A DNA stretch of 64,000 nt from positions 2,852,001-2,916,000 of the forward strand of contig MU054212.1 of NCBI GenBank assembly GCA_013239625.1, read 5' to 3'. Both the position numbers and the translations under genes were made by a program. Source of the DNA: Lama guanicoe (taxonomy: Eukaryota). Of this stretch, positions 1-13,747 are shown in pieces. Each line of letters opens with the position of its first letter. The first letter of the stretch is position 1. The notes under the pieces were generated by a model. It was given only the letters and a program-made list of their open reading frames with translations. It ran no database searches and was not told the origin of the DNA.

Positions 1-3000
1 ACCTAACGTCACCCCAGCAGCTGATGATTCCAAGCATTCGGCCCTCAGGGCGCAGCAGCCCCGTGGTGGCTGAGCGGCTCCAGGTCATAGCAAAACTCCT
101 TCAACATCCAACAAATATTGATCAAGCACTGCCAGGCACAGTTCCAGGCACTGAAGGCTACTGGTGGGCCCATTATTGGTTTAAAAACCTAGGGCATGGG
201 CTTAAAGGGCAAGTTTTAGAAATAAAATGTTTAAAATCTTTAAAACAATTTTTCTGACTGGTGCACGCACGTGTGTTTCGTGCACTGGCGCGAACCTGGG
301 AGAGTTCTGCGGCACTGCAGGGCGCGCTCGCGTCTCCTGTTCCATCAGCAGCAGGAAGGGAGGAGCCCGGCACAGAGGTGGTGACTAAGACATCCGTGGG
401 CCCAGACACCCCTGACCTGACGAGCTGCCCTGCCTGGCCTGACGCTGGCCAGGGCCCCGGCGTGCTGGAGCCAAAGCTGGGCACTGGATGCTTTGCACTG
501 ACAGATGATTTTCTCTTCACAGGCACGAGCAAGCAGCCATTGGCAGGTGACAAGGTTGCTGGTCCAAGGCCAGCTTAGTCCCTTGCTGCGGGAAGACTGC
601 GTGCATTGGACGTGGGGGCCCCCAAAAAAGAACTTCCTCAAACGTACAGGCAAATACAAAGAGCCATTTAGCACACTGCCCAGTCGAAGGTGGCGCTTTT
701 CAGACTTTCTGAAGTCATGACACACACAGGAATTAACAGCACCGCATTTGTACGACACTGGGCACAACCGAAGGCTGCTCACGGCAGGAGGAGACCAGCC
801 AGGGAGCACTAGCACGTCGGGGACTGCAGGGGTCCCCGCGCGCAGCGCGACCCCAGCTCTCGATAGGAAGACGAGGTGAGGGCCACCTGGAGGGCAGAAT
901 AGCTCGAGATACTCTAGAGACCTGCCCTCTTGGCTAAAGCCCACCTTCAGAACAGAGTTCAGGAAGGAGGAGGGTGGACTACAAGGCTAAACGTGGGGAA
1001 CATGACAAACCCCGCGGCCAGGCCCTGCTCCAGGCCAGCGACATCGGAATTTTTGCGGGCAGGGCCAAAGTTTTTTGGGTTTTGTTGTTTTGTTTTTTGT
1101 TTTGCTTTTCTTGAGTCCCAGTTGATTCTGACATGCCTCCAGGACTGAGAAGCACGTCTATAAAAGAATAAAAACCAAGGTCCTGGAGTCAAGTGGGAGC
1201 TGGAGTCCTGGCTGTTCCCCGTCTGCCAAATAAGAAGCCGATCCTCTCAGAGCTGCAGGTGCCCACGTGGGAACCAGCTAACTCACAGCCCCTCCTGTGA
1301 AGCACAGAGGCGAGGAAGCCAGCCCATCCTTAAACCCAACTTTCTATTTTGAATGGCTTTACTCAATTGATGGCTTTCATTCATTATTTTGAGGATCTGG
1401 CCTCTGTGTACAATATTTTACCCAGTGACTAACTCATATATTAAGCAACCTTCGGAATGTCCACTCTGCAGCAAGCCCGACAGCAGGTACCGGGAAACAA
1501 GGAGGGAAACTAAGAAGAAAGAGCTTTCCGGGGAGGGGCTTTCTGTTTAAGCTGAGGCTGAGTTCTGGGCAAGGGAGAACTCACTAAAGGTCAGGACAGT
1601 GACCCCCAGTCCTGTCCCAAGTTGTTTCGCACTAACTACCAGTGTTACTCGCCACTGTCACTGCCCTGCCATCAAAGGTACCGCATGGGTGACAAGGTGG
1701 CCACACCTTCTCACCTTCTCCCTGGTCTGAGGAACGCACTGAGGGATACGCCGGCCTCATCAGTATTTGCCTTTAAGGGGCTTCTCCCCACATGTCCTTG
1801 AATATCTGTTAACTCTCTACTTTGGTCAACACCAAATGTAACTTCAATCATCACCAAATGCAAAAGTAAGGAACGTGTACCAGAAACAGTAGGATGGTTA
1901 ATATCACCAGCGAGGTGATCTTGAGATGACGGTCTGGCCTGGAGCTGCCCCACACCCATGGCCCAGGCAGCACACCTCACCACGTATCTCCCTCCTGCTG
2001 AGATGCAGGGTGAACATACGTATTTGCCACACATCAGATGACAGGAGGTGAGTGCCAGACCTCGGCAGAGGCAGCTGACCATAGACTGGGGGTGATGTGT
2101 GCTCCTGAAGTGACAATAATCTGCTTCTAAATCTACACCAACACACAAACTACATTTTGTCTCAAAAATGTAGATGAACAAATACAGATGTTTCCTGAAG
2201 AAATGAAACACAGAATAAAATTATCTTTATATTTAACCCAGGAAGCAAACTGCATCCCAAGGCTGGCCTGTTTATCCTGTGTGTTAGTTTTCTTCCTACT
2301 TGACTTACTAGCAACTCAAATACTGTTGATTGATTGTTTACTTGTTTACTGTCTGTGCTCCCTCCCCACCCCCACGTGAACTACGAGAGCAAGGACTGTC
2401 GTCATCGGCCGGTATGTGCCCTGGTGGCCGGGGAGCACAGAACAGATCCGCTGAACGAACTAAAGAACGTGACAGCGGAAGTGAGAGACACCGTAGTATG
2501 GCTGTGTCTTTCTTTGACTCAGGCTCAGAGGTAAGACTTCATGAGTTAGGTTACTTTAAAAGCCAGGCCTATCCTGTTCCCCAGCGGCGAAGGAAGTCTG
2601 CTGGATCTGCCAGCGGTGTGCTGTGCGTTACTGAAGCTGGCTTTTCAGCACTAAACAGAAAACCCAGTTTCATCGTTTTGGGGAAAAAAAAAAAAGAAGT
2701 CTTTCGGAGCTGGTGTCATTTACTGTTTGCCTGTATAACTGAGAAGCAGTTTCGGAAAAGCAATATTGTAAGATGAAAAGAAGAGACAGAAGAGGAGAAA
2801 TGGCCCCTATTTTCCTGGAGAAACTTTCTATTTTTCATTTGCCAGGTGATGCTGTCCCTCCTTTTACCTTCCTCCTTAACTGATTTTCTTTTTCTTCCTT
2901 TTTTTTTTTTTTTTTGAGATCAATCTACTTTACCAATCAGAACTGCTCAGCCTTAGACCGCCCTCACTCTGTCCATTTCCACAGGCATCTTCCCGGCACT

Positions 3001-3954
3001 GAGGACACATTCTCCCTTTCCATTTGTGCTCAGACCGTACGCCCCAGGGTGACTCCCACTCACCTAAACTCCAGGAACCTATTCTGTGATTTTTTTTAAA
3101 AACTTGAGATAAACATAAAATTATAAACCATGCAGATCTAAAGAGTGGGTTATAATAAAAAATGCTGTATTCAGTGCCCTGGAATGGTTCTGAATGAAAG
3201 TTTAGGGGACTACTTGGTAAACAAGATGTATTCATTTGGGGGCATATTTGTTGAGGTCCTGAAATGTGGGCCTGCATGATGACACCATGGGACCTGCCGA
3301 GTCTAGGGACTGTGACTCTATGAAGTCAGAGCACAGAGCCCCCAGCCCCAACAGAGGATTCCAGAAAACTCTGAGGCGGGTTCACAGCAGTCATATGGAA
3401 ATCCAAACATGAGAACTCAGTTGTCCTGAGAGTGCGCGCGCCAAGCCCTTCATGTCGCAGCACCCGACCTTGCCTCCGTCCTGGAGTGGCTGGCACGTGG
3501 AGGAGGAGCATGCCACGCCGGCTCTCCGCTGGCGAGGCAGCCGGCCTGGCATTGCCATCCTAACGCTCCAGCTACACTCACCCCTTGGGTGGCCATGGGT
3601 GTCGACTGCGGGGCTCAAAGCCGAGTCTCTTAGGTTTTGCAATTACCTACGTATGCCAGTGTGCTTAGTAACTCTGCTGCTATTTAGAAGAGACTAATTT
3701 AGCATAATCTCCTCGTGTGGGAGTTGACTCATGTACTGGGTTTAAAATATACCAGAGCTCTGTCAAGCAGGCAGATCGGGTGGCTCAGGGGATTGTAACA
3801 GGAGATCTTGTCTTTCCCCTCAAGGTTGCATATCTCCTTCAGCTAAGATCCCTGCCTCATTGCTACCCAGTAAGGTTGGCTAATTACCAATATCAGCTTG
3901 CTTCCTGGTATTGAAAAGTCCACATGTGAATAACCATCAATAGAGCTGCTATTA

Positions 3955-4096
3955 GTGGAGGAGGGTATAGCCCAGTGGTTAGAGTGCATGCTTACCATGT
4001 GCAAGGTCCTGGGTTCAATCCCCAGTACCTCCATTAAAATAAGTAAATAAATAAACCTAATTACCTCCACCCCCTCCAAAGGTGAAACAAACAAAC
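3955..4096 (+). mobile_element. Camelid tRNA-derived SINE (Vic-1-like) with target-site duplication
   Basis: GGAGGGTATAGCCCAGTGGTTAGAG (A box)...GGTTCAATCCC (B box), A-rich tail; TSD AGAGCTGCT(A/G)TTA at 3942-3954 and 4097-4109. Confidence 0.85.
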
Positions 4097-4203
4097 AGAG
4101 CTGCTGTTAATATTGTTTCTGTTTGAGATGACAGTAAAGGAGGAAATAGACCTAACTTTGAACTCAGACTTCTTCTTTTAAAGCACAGAATATTTCTTTA
4201 GTA

Positions 4204-4204
<1 letters not shown>

Positions 4205-4248
<44 letters not shown>
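4205..4248 (+). repeat. (CA)22 microsatellite
   Basis: Direct read. Confidence 0.95.
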
Positions 4249-4249
<1 letters not shown>

Positions 4250-6384
4250 GGCTAAGAGGATATTGCAGAAAGTCAAAGGTAGATTTTAAAGAGGCCATGT
4301 CATGTGGCACCAATCTTAATTACTCATGACAAATTAGACACCCAGATTTTGTTACCAATGATGTTAATGGGTACCGTGGATTTCTGAGTCAGACACAATC
4401 GGATCTGTCCTTAAAATTTGTGAGACCCAGGGCAAGAGTACAAATGAGCCCTCCTCTCGTATGTCAGTATATTTATGACTTACACACCAAGCTAACACAC
4501 TGTGAAATACAATACGTTCTATCTTCTTTGTGTATCTTCTATTTAAAACATTTTCATGCTGGAGGTATATTTTTCTTGACTCTTTTTTTTGGTTTTGCTT
4601 AGGGGACGTAAGATGACTACAGATCTGAACTGGGTGTTTTTTCTTGGTGATCACAATTCAAAATAGCAACCGGCACTGGAGACTTGGAGGCTCCTCGGAG
4701 AGGGAGCAGCGTCCATCACTGAAGTGCTGTGAACCAGCCTCTGTCTCATAAACTCCTCTGAGGACCAGCTGTGCATCCTACACAAAACACTGGTAAAGGC
4801 AGACCCCACCACAGACGTGTGCCTACTTGAAACCTAAAACCCCTTTTTTTCCCCCCTTCGGTTTTAGGGACCAGTGAGGACCTGGAGGGAGCATGGGTGT
4901 GGGCCAGGGGCTGGGGAGAGAGACTTAACGTCCAGTCCCTTTAGCTAAAAACCACCTGATAATGAAAGTGAATAACAATATGAGTGATTAACCTTGTTGT
5001 AAAATTTAAAAGTCAACTTGCTTAATGAATCTTTCCTCAGGCTTTACAAGCCCCCTAAAAAAGCACCATGTGTGTGCACACACAGTGGTACCAGGTAACC
5101 TTGCTAATTAAAGAAACGAAGATCAAAATGTATTTTCTCTGGTGGAATGGCCATTATGACATAGCCTGAAACAGTCATTGAGTAAGAGGTCTATATTCAG
5201 TTTGAGGGACCCTACATCTTGGTGTTGCATGAAGCCAGATGGTGAAAACCAGGATCTCTTAGGAAGAACCACAGAGATTCCTGTTTTACTGGTCTGGGGC
5301 AGAGCCTCCGTGGCCTTTTACTGCTTCCCGGGTGCTTTAATGTTCAGCTGTGTGGTCCAGTGCACCACTTTCTGGGGAGGACGCTCTAGAGCTAGTCTTT
5401 AGCCCAGAGGGCAGTGAGCAGAGATAGAATGAAAAATCACCTACAGTCTTTCAAGATGGAGGAAAGGCCTTTGGCAAGACCTTTGAAATTGTAGAAGGAC
5501 ATTACATCTTTTAAGGCCACTTGTTACAAACACCTTTGGTACTTTTACACTGCAAGTCTCCCCTTGGAATCCAAGAAAAGCAAACGGAGGAAAAAGCCCC
5601 CTTCCCCTCCGGGCTACACCAAGGGAAAGGTGGCTGAGAGAGGAACCAGGGTGCTCTAAGGGGAGACGGGGCAGGGAATGGTCCCTTGGGGTGAGATGGG
5701 TTCAAAACACCCCAGAATCCAAAGAACTCGACTTGGAATTATTTGTAATTCTATGGTCACAGACAACCCAATGTCCTACAAGTTATCTCCAAAGGGTTGG
5801 TGATATACAAGATACCTGCCCTGAAGGTGGAGGGAGCACCTGGCACCGATGGGGACAGCATGAAGAACTACTTCTCCCCTGCATCTCTGACTGCTAAAAG
5901 TTGTGGACGGGTCCCCTTAAACTGACTTGCTTTGAAATGAACATTTAATTACTTACTAACCACCCTCCACCCGGCCCCCCAAAACCCAAGACGAAGCAAA
6001 GCAACAGACAGTGGTCAATTCAACATCTACGCCATTGCTATCAGACCAGTGTCGTCTGCTTTAGGGGTAAGCAACGGAAACAGACGTAGCTTGTAGGGCT
6101 TGTTTCAAAGAGTCTGGACACATGCTTAGAAATACCTCCTAACAATAAAGATGATCTTGAAGTGGCTCCGCAGGTCTGCGACAGGTGGGAGCATTTAAGA
6201 TAAAGGGCCAAGGATCAGAAGGTGCAGGCAAGGAGTTCCCGGGGCCTTTAGGAACTCAGGCAAGTATCCAGAAGTGAAGCTGTTTCCGTGGTCTAGGAAA
6301 TGAAGGAATGGGATATATTTGGAATTTGGAAGGCAGTTTGAAAAGAAACAATTGCTGGATTTGGCAGAAGATTAAGTAAAAAGG

Positions 6385-6565
6385 CAATACTATGTGTTGG
6401 GCACAGGGCCTTGGCGTGCTTTCCGTAATCACATTTAATCCTCCCAATAACCTCGGAGAAAGACGTGCTTGTATCTATTTTACAAGACAGAAGACAGACG
6501 CTTAGAAATCGGCCCTATCCATGGCCAACTGTTGAGTGGGAGTGCCAGCATTCAAACCTGGGGCG
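6385..6565 (-). mobile_element. MIR SINE
   Basis: TACTATGTGTTGGGCAC...CATTTAATCCTCCCAATAACC...ATTTTACAAG...ATTCAAACCTGGG. Confidence 0.55.
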
Positions 6566-6645
6566 AACGAACCACGGATTATTTTTGATGTTGCTCCTGT
6601 GAAACTGTGGTCCACCGGTGACAAAGAAGCACAAGGAAAGATCAC

Positions 6646-6646
<1 letters not shown>

Positions 6647-6678
<32 letters not shown>
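6647..6678 (+). repeat. Poly(A) run (~32 nt)
   Basis: Direct read. Confidence 0.9.
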
Positions 6679-6683
<5 letters not shown>

Positions 6684-6804
6684 ACAACTTTATCTTTTCT
6701 AATTCAGTTGGTGAAAGAGAAATTCAATTTATGATGCATGTAAATATCAGGTTTGGGGAGGGGCAAGTTTACTAGATTAAAAAAAAATCTGTGTATATAC
6801 AGTT

Positions 6805-7177
6805 CAGTGCTGTCCAACAGCAATAAAAAGCGAGACACATCTGTGATTTTGCGTTTTCTGGTAACCACGTTGAAAAAGGTAAAAAGAAGCAGGTGAAATT
6901 AATTTTCGTTTTTCTTATTTAACTCAATATATTATCATTTATCATTTATTTAACTCAGGATATTATCATTTATATAACTCAATATATTATCATATCATCA
7001 CTCCAACATGAAATCGATATGAAAAATTTTTGAGATATTTCCTGTTCTGGGGGTACTGAGTCTTTAAAATCCAGTGTGTATTTTACACTTGGAGGACATT
7101 TCAGTTTGGACCAGCCACATGTCGGTCAAGTGCTCAAAGCTGCATGTGGCTAGTGGTTCCCATACGAGACGGTACAG
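6805..7177 (+). mobile_element. MER33-like hAT-Charlie non-autonomous DNA transposon
   Basis: Begins CAGTGCTGTCCAACAG; internal AAATCCAGTGTGTATTTTACACTT; ends CATGTGGCTAGTGG. Recognised from memory of the consensus. Confidence 0.75.
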
Positions 7178-7265
7178 ACACCAGGAGTCCTGATTCAATG
7201 CTGAGACGCCAGGAACGTGATGCAGGTCTTGCGGGTGGATAGCGAGGAACAAAAGGGGGCCTTTT

Positions 7266-7389
7266 GGGGGGAGGGTATAGCTCAGCGGTACAGTGCATGC
7301 CTAACACGCATAAGGTCCTGGGTTCAATCCTCAGTACCCCCATCAAAGATAAAAAAAACCTAATTACCTCCCCCCTCAAAAAAATTTTA
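7266..7389 (+). mobile_element. Camelid tRNA-derived SINE (Vic-1-like)
   Basis: GGGGAGGGTATAGCTCAGCGGTA...GGTCCTGGGTTCAATCC...CCTAATTACCTCCCC; degenerate TSD AAAAGGGG(A)GCCT. Confidence 0.85.
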
Positions 7390-9201
7390 AAAAGGGGAGC
7401 CTCTTAGAACAACCCATGTTAAGTTGGCACGAGGAAGGTTCTCCAAATGAGATGCTCTCAGAAATCTCTAAGGTGATTAAACTGATTGAAGTGGCGAATT
7501 ATTTGAGAAGAACTGAATAAGCCAACCCACTCACCGTCTGTCTGTACCAATGCCAACACGCCCAGTGACACCAGCGAGCGTCACAAAGGCCCAAACCCTG
7601 TGGGCCCGAGTCAGTGGGGAGAGACCCACCCAGCTGCGATAAGCACTAGACGAAACCAACCCTTTACGCCTCATGCAAATCGTGTCATGAGCAAATAGTG
7701 TAATGATCGCCTGCCCTCCCGTATCACGGTATAAATATCAGGATGGAAGCAAAAGGCCACCAGACGTGACCGGTGAACTCTGCTACGGTTGGAACCTGCT
7801 TTTTGATTCTTACGTTTGCTTTGTGACTTGCCCCCAAAATTAAGTGTTTGTCTAAAGAGGCACAGTGATTCTCTATTGTCGATGTTGGTATTAGCAGGTT
7901 AGAAGGAATGCAAATAGACATTTTGTTTTTAAAAAAAGAACCTACTTACATAATGATATTCTTAGAAATAAAGCCATCACGTAACCACTATGTAGTCTCC
8001 AGTAACAACGCACTTAGGGAGGGTGGAGACTCAGTGTTACTGATAACTGATGATACGATCATTTCATTTAAAAAGGTACAGGTTTTCTTGGATAATTGAA
8101 TTTATAGACATCTATTTTTTTAAAAATCATTTCATGTCAACTGCAGAAATTAAATCTAGAAATCGAGAGGGAAAACATTTCATCTTTCTTCTCAACAATC
8201 ACATTCTTTCCTACCAGGTAGGGGAGTGAGAGGAACAGAACAAAACAGAAATGCAGCCTTTGCGGAGCTGTAACAGGACAGTGATTTTTACGTCGGCGCT
8301 CTCTACTTAGGCTGTAACTTCCCTGATACCCGTCACATCGTAAGACGTTCTCAAAAGTGCGATCCGTGCTTTTCTGAAGCCCAGGCGCTGTGTTTCCATT
8401 TCATCTGAGCAGAAACAAGCAGAGAAACACCCTTCCTCCTGACGTCAGCCCTCGCAAGTCCACGCCTCCTCCTCTGCCCACCAGCCAAGCGGCTGAGGAC
8501 CAGTCCCCTGACAGGAGCTGCCACAGCCCCCACATCCAGGCAGAACCAGGAGGGACGCAAAGGAAATTGTTTCCTGGGAGCTCTTGTCGGAATGGGTGGG
8601 CGGGGCGTGGAGGGGCGCTCTCTAAGCCTAGGGTGCACTGCCTGCCTGTAAACCACTCTCCCCTTCAGACGCTTTTTGCATTTACTTATCTGCCTTGAGC
8701 TCTCATAAGCTCCACTGCCCTTTATTATTTTTCTCAAACAAGACTCTTGGCTTCCTGGACTTTTGCCTACTATTCTAAATATGCTGCCCCACTGATAAGA
8801 GTCTCTCTTATTATGATTCTTTTTCCCTCCAGTTTACAAGTTGGTGGGCCCAGGGATCCCCTATAACATTCTAAGAATCGATAAGAAAGGGTGTTCTAGG
8901 AGATGAGAACAGAAGAAAGGTCGGGGGTAGAAATTCATCTTTGATCTTTGAGGAGTGAAATATCACAGAACTCCATTCTCAGTGACACTTTTACATGCAC
9001 TTGACTAGGCTGTGGGTCAGACCCTGACTCGTACGACATTTACAGTCACGTCCCAGAGCAGCCCCAGGAGCAGGGGGCCCGCACGAGGCTTTCCCATCCC
9101 AACCCCGGCCCCGGCCAGGCCACGCTGCTGGGCTGGTCAAAGGAAAAACAGATCATCAAACACATGCATTTCCGAGTGTGACTTTTCGGTTGTTCGATTT
9201 A

Positions 9202-9381
<180 letters not shown>

Positions 9382-11321
9382 CTACAGAGAGATAAGCAAG
9401 TTTAGACACGTTTTCTTTTTTCAGTGGAGAGAAAGGAAACACATACATCATAAAGAATAAGCCAGTGACTAGCGCTGACATTTGTTCAGCGATAGAATCT
9501 GGAAAAATCAGCAAGCTCTCGCTTTTGCTGTAATGAATGTCGGAAAAAAGCAAAACAAAGGAAAGCATCCCATGTTCAGAATCAAGGAGCTGAACTAATG
9601 TTCACTTCAAATTGTCCTGAGCACGATGATGGCTTATTTTACTAACGAGCTCTCGCATTAACAACTGGTTAATGGCACGTGGAGAACTACTATTCACTGC
9701 AAAATGAAAAGATGATCAACACTTAGTCCACAAATAAATAAAATACGTCTGCTCCATCCTTCTGGAAAACATCCTTATGGCTGTGGGCTCGGGGTAGATA
9801 TAGACCTTCAACACTTGGGTTCTGCGAAACGTTTTCTTTAATTTCTATTTTCCAGAGCAGGAAAAAAGAGGGCATGACTGGACTAGCCACCAGCTCAGCG
9901 TACTCAAAGCAACCTTGTGAACAGGCACCACAAATTCATCTGTCAACAGACAGAGAAAAGAAAAAAATCAACCCACACTCTATCCATTTGGTTCCTGCTT
10001 CTCTCCCTGTATAAGACTTTGGGGCTGGGGACACTTTGAAAAGCGTGTCCCCTGCAGTGATTAAGGACATGCCTGGGCGGGACTTCTGGAAGATTCTGGA
10101 GATCAAGTTCCCAAGGTGGGGCTGGGGCAGATGTCCGTGGACAGCGCACTGCCCCACAGGCGAAGGTCCCATGGGAGCAACGGAGCAGAAGGAGGCTACC
10201 ACGTGATGGCCGCGAGAGCACGGTGAAGAAACCGTCCTCTTGAGAAAATAAAATATTACATCCTTTCCATGGATACAATATAAATATTTCAGACACTATC
10301 CAAACATGGTTGATTGCTTTTCAATTACAGCCCAAACCACAGACAAGCCAAGTCAGGTCCCTGGCATTCAAGGAAGGGGGTCAACTACTCAGAACCTACG
10401 ACCGAGGAATAAGCTAAAATAGCATTTATGTCTGAATTCTGCAAGGCGAACGCCGGCGAGGATACGCGCAGATTTACAATGTAACCAGAGATTGTTTGCA
10501 AACATGCAAACGATGTGTGGCAAAGCCAGTAATAAGGCATAAAAAGGGAATTTTGAGAAACGCCTTTGATGGAGATGACAGAGGAGAAGTCATCTAGTTT
10601 TGGGGCATAAAACTCAGCATGGTAAAATATAAATTTGCAAAACATCCTAGATTTTATGATCCAGAACAGCTTGAGGAGTTACCTGGGGCACAACTGCGAG
10701 ACTACTTAGCATGAACCACATGTCTAGGCAAGACGGAACGCACACGCTTTCTGAAGCTCGGCGGCTGCTGCGACCGGGCCTTGACGCACTGTGCTGCCCG
10801 TCCGTGTTGCCCTCTGCTCCACGCCGAGTTAACAGAGCCCGAGTACAGTCCCAGAAAAAAGACTTCAGGTTTTATTTGTTAAATGGCGCGGTGGACTCAT
10901 GAATATTCACCGTATTATTCTTTGTATGTTCCTGTACATATTTAACAGTGAAAAATTGATACCCAAAACCACAAAGGGATGTTTGTAACACAGAGAGAAA
11001 AGTTAAAAGTAAGGCACTGGACAGGGGGAGAAACTAAAATTAAACAGACACAGTTGGTGGCAAATGTAAAACAGCTAAGGTTTGGAAATAGGAAAAGTAA
11101 CATTTTAAAATGTGGATGTCAGAAAAATGTATTTTTCCCTTAAAAATTCAATCATATAATGTCTACTTTTTAAGAGAGACATGCTACCAGACTTCCTCTT
11201 AGAAAATGATTTCTTGGCTAAAGACACACACACACACGCACGCACCCTCCCTGTTACAATTCAGCCCATCACAGCACCGCGGCGTCTGTAATAGTTTTTC
11301 AATTGGACACATTCTATACTC

Positions 11322-11333
11322 TGCCTCAGGGCA
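11322..11333. promoter_or_regulatory. AP-2 (TFAP2) consensus site
   Basis: TGCCTCAGGGCA matches the TFAP2 consensus; about 1.9 kb upstream of the shared exon. Confidence 0.4.
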
Positions 11334-11565
11334 CTCGGGTGAAAATGAACAGATTTGCAGGGTTAATACTGTAGTTAGACTGTGACCTCATTCAGCACGG
11401 CTCTAACACTGCCAGGTCTATATGGAGGGAGAAAAAAAATCAAAGCATAACTGATCGGTTGAAGGATTCCAGATTTCTCAGAATATATACCATTTACCTT
11501 GAAAATCACATATGTATGGATATTGCTACATTTAAAATTAAACCAGTGTTTCCTCAGCTGGGGGT

Positions 11566-13461
11566 GGGTGGTGGGGGGGGCGGAATTAACCCTTAAGGGT
11601 GAGGAGGGAGTTTCCGGCTGGCTGGGCTCAGGCAGACTCTACAACTTGAAGCTGGAACTGGTCTTCGGTGAGCTCTTCTGCGAGGCTCTCTCTTCCCCAC
11701 TCTGGAAGATTTCTGTGTTCTCTATTTTTCCCCTTAGTTATAATCATTTCTAAGGCACTAACTGCTATCAGCTAATGGAGCAAAGGATCTTCACTCTGTG
11801 TTTTCTGTATTGGTGCAGGCTGCAAGAACTTTTTAAAGTCCATGGGCTGGGAGGTCTTGGCGCTGGTAGGAGGCACTCAGCATCCATTGCATCCACACCA
11901 GATGCTTCATCTAACACGACTGTGGCTGCCTCCTTCCCTTGCCAATGACCGGAATTGACACTTTCTCTTCTTCACCTGGACACCAAGGTCCCCGACGGGA
12001 AGTGGCTACTTCCCTGCCAACCTAAGGATGAAGCCAATGCCCAGGGTGGCCAAGCTGAAAGCTGGAGAGAACCTGGGTCCCCACTGGCACTGGTGAGACA
12101 CAAATCAACCAACTCGGAGCCGCCAATCTCTAGATTTCCTGATACTTGGGAAAATAAAATCATTTTTAAAGCTACCTGGGTTGGGTTTCTGTTACCTCTC
12201 CTGATACCTGCCCCTCCTTTATACCACTGCCTCCCCTTGAGGCCACTTGGCTCTGTGAGACTTAGCTGTGGTGCCGAGAACAGCCGCCTGCTAACAGATG
12301 CAGCAGAATTTTCTATCATATTATCANNNNNNNNNNNNNNNNNNNNNNNNNNNNNNNNNNNNNNNNNNNNNNNNNNNNNNNNNNNNNNNNNNNNNNNNNN
12401 NNNNNNNNNNNNNNNNNNNNNNNNNNNNNNNNNNNNNNNNNNNNNNNNNNNNNNNNNNNNNNNNNNNNNNNNNNNNNNNNNNNNNNNNNNNNNNNNNNNN
12501 NNNNNNNNNNNNNNNNNNNNNNNNNNNNNNNNNNNNNNNNNNNNNNNNNNNNNNNNNNNNNNNNNNNNNNNNNNNNNNNNNNNNNNNNNNNNNNNNNNNN
12601 NNNNNNNNNNNNNNNNNNNNNNNNNNNNNNNNNNNNNNNNNNNNNNNNNNNNNNNNNNNNNNNNNNNNNNNNNNNNNNNNNNNNNNNNNNNNNNNNNNNN
12701 GGGTGGTGGGGGGGGCGGAATTAACCCTTAAGGGTGAGGAGGGAGTTTCCGGCTGGCTGGGCTCAGGCAGACTCTACAACTTGAAGCTGGAACTGGTCTT
12801 CGGTGAGCTCTTCTGCGAGGCTCTCTCTTCCCCATTCTGGAAGATTTCTGTGTTCTCTATTTTTCCCCTTAGTTATGATCATTTCTAAGGCACTAACTGC
12901 TATCAGCTTATGGAGCAATGGATCTTCACTCTGTGTTTTCTGTATTGGTGCAGGCTGCAAGAACTTTTTAAAGTCCATGGGCTGGGAGGTCTTGGCGCTG
13001 GTAGGAGGCACTCAGCATCCATTGCATCCACACCAGATGCTTCATCTAACACGACTGTGGCTGCCTCCTTCCCTTGCCAATGACCGGAATTGACACTTTC
13101 TCTTCTTCACCTGGACACCAAGGTCCCCGACGGGAAGTGGCTACTTCCCTGCCAACCTAAGGATGAAGCCAATGCCCAGGGTGGCCAAGCTGAAAGCTGG
13201 AGAGAACCTGGGTCCCCACTGGCACTGGTGAGACACAAATCAACCAACTCGGAGCCGCCGATCTCTAGATTTCCTGATACTTGGGAAAATAAAATCATTT
13301 TTAAAGCTACCTGGGTTGGGTTTCTGTTACCTCTCCTGATACCTGCCCCTCCTTTATACCACTGCCTCCCCTTGAGGCCACTTGGCTCTGTGAGACTTAG
13401 CTGTGGTGCCGAGAACAGCCGCCTGCTAACAGATGCAGCAGAATTTTCTATCATATTATCA
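11566..13461 (+). repeat. 761-bp direct repeat on both sides of the gap (11566-12326 and 12701-13461)
   Basis: Copies are offset by 1135 nt, both abut the gap, and I counted 5 substitutions between them. Confidence 0.95.
12327..12700. other. Assembly gap (374 N)
   Basis: Run of n characters. Confidence 1.
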
Positions 13462-13747
13462 CCATTCTTCAACTATACCTTCCCATCTTCACCCATCACC
13501 ATCTCAGTTTGTATACATCTTCAGCATTACTTCCGATGAAATGCAAACCATAAATTTTAACCAGAGAGAATGTAAGTGTCTCGGATGTATCATTGTCACC
13601 ACCAGAGAAACAGCTCAGAGCACTGGGGTGTATTTGGAAAGGTGGCCAGACAGACAGACAGACAGAAAGGCGTTTCTGATAATCGCCCTTCTGGAACAGA
13701 CTCTTCACCCAGGGGAGCTGGAGGGGAGGAACGGTTCCCTCCTTCCA

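Noticed and set aside
3960..4030. tRNA-like sequences with A and B boxes
   Set aside because: They are SINE heads with A-rich tails and TSDs, not tRNA genes.
4400..4530. Possible hAT-Tip100-like transposon end
   Set aside because: Too degenerate to assign a family or boundaries by eye.
11955..12888. Long ORFs running through X residues
   Set aside because: Artefacts of the N gap.
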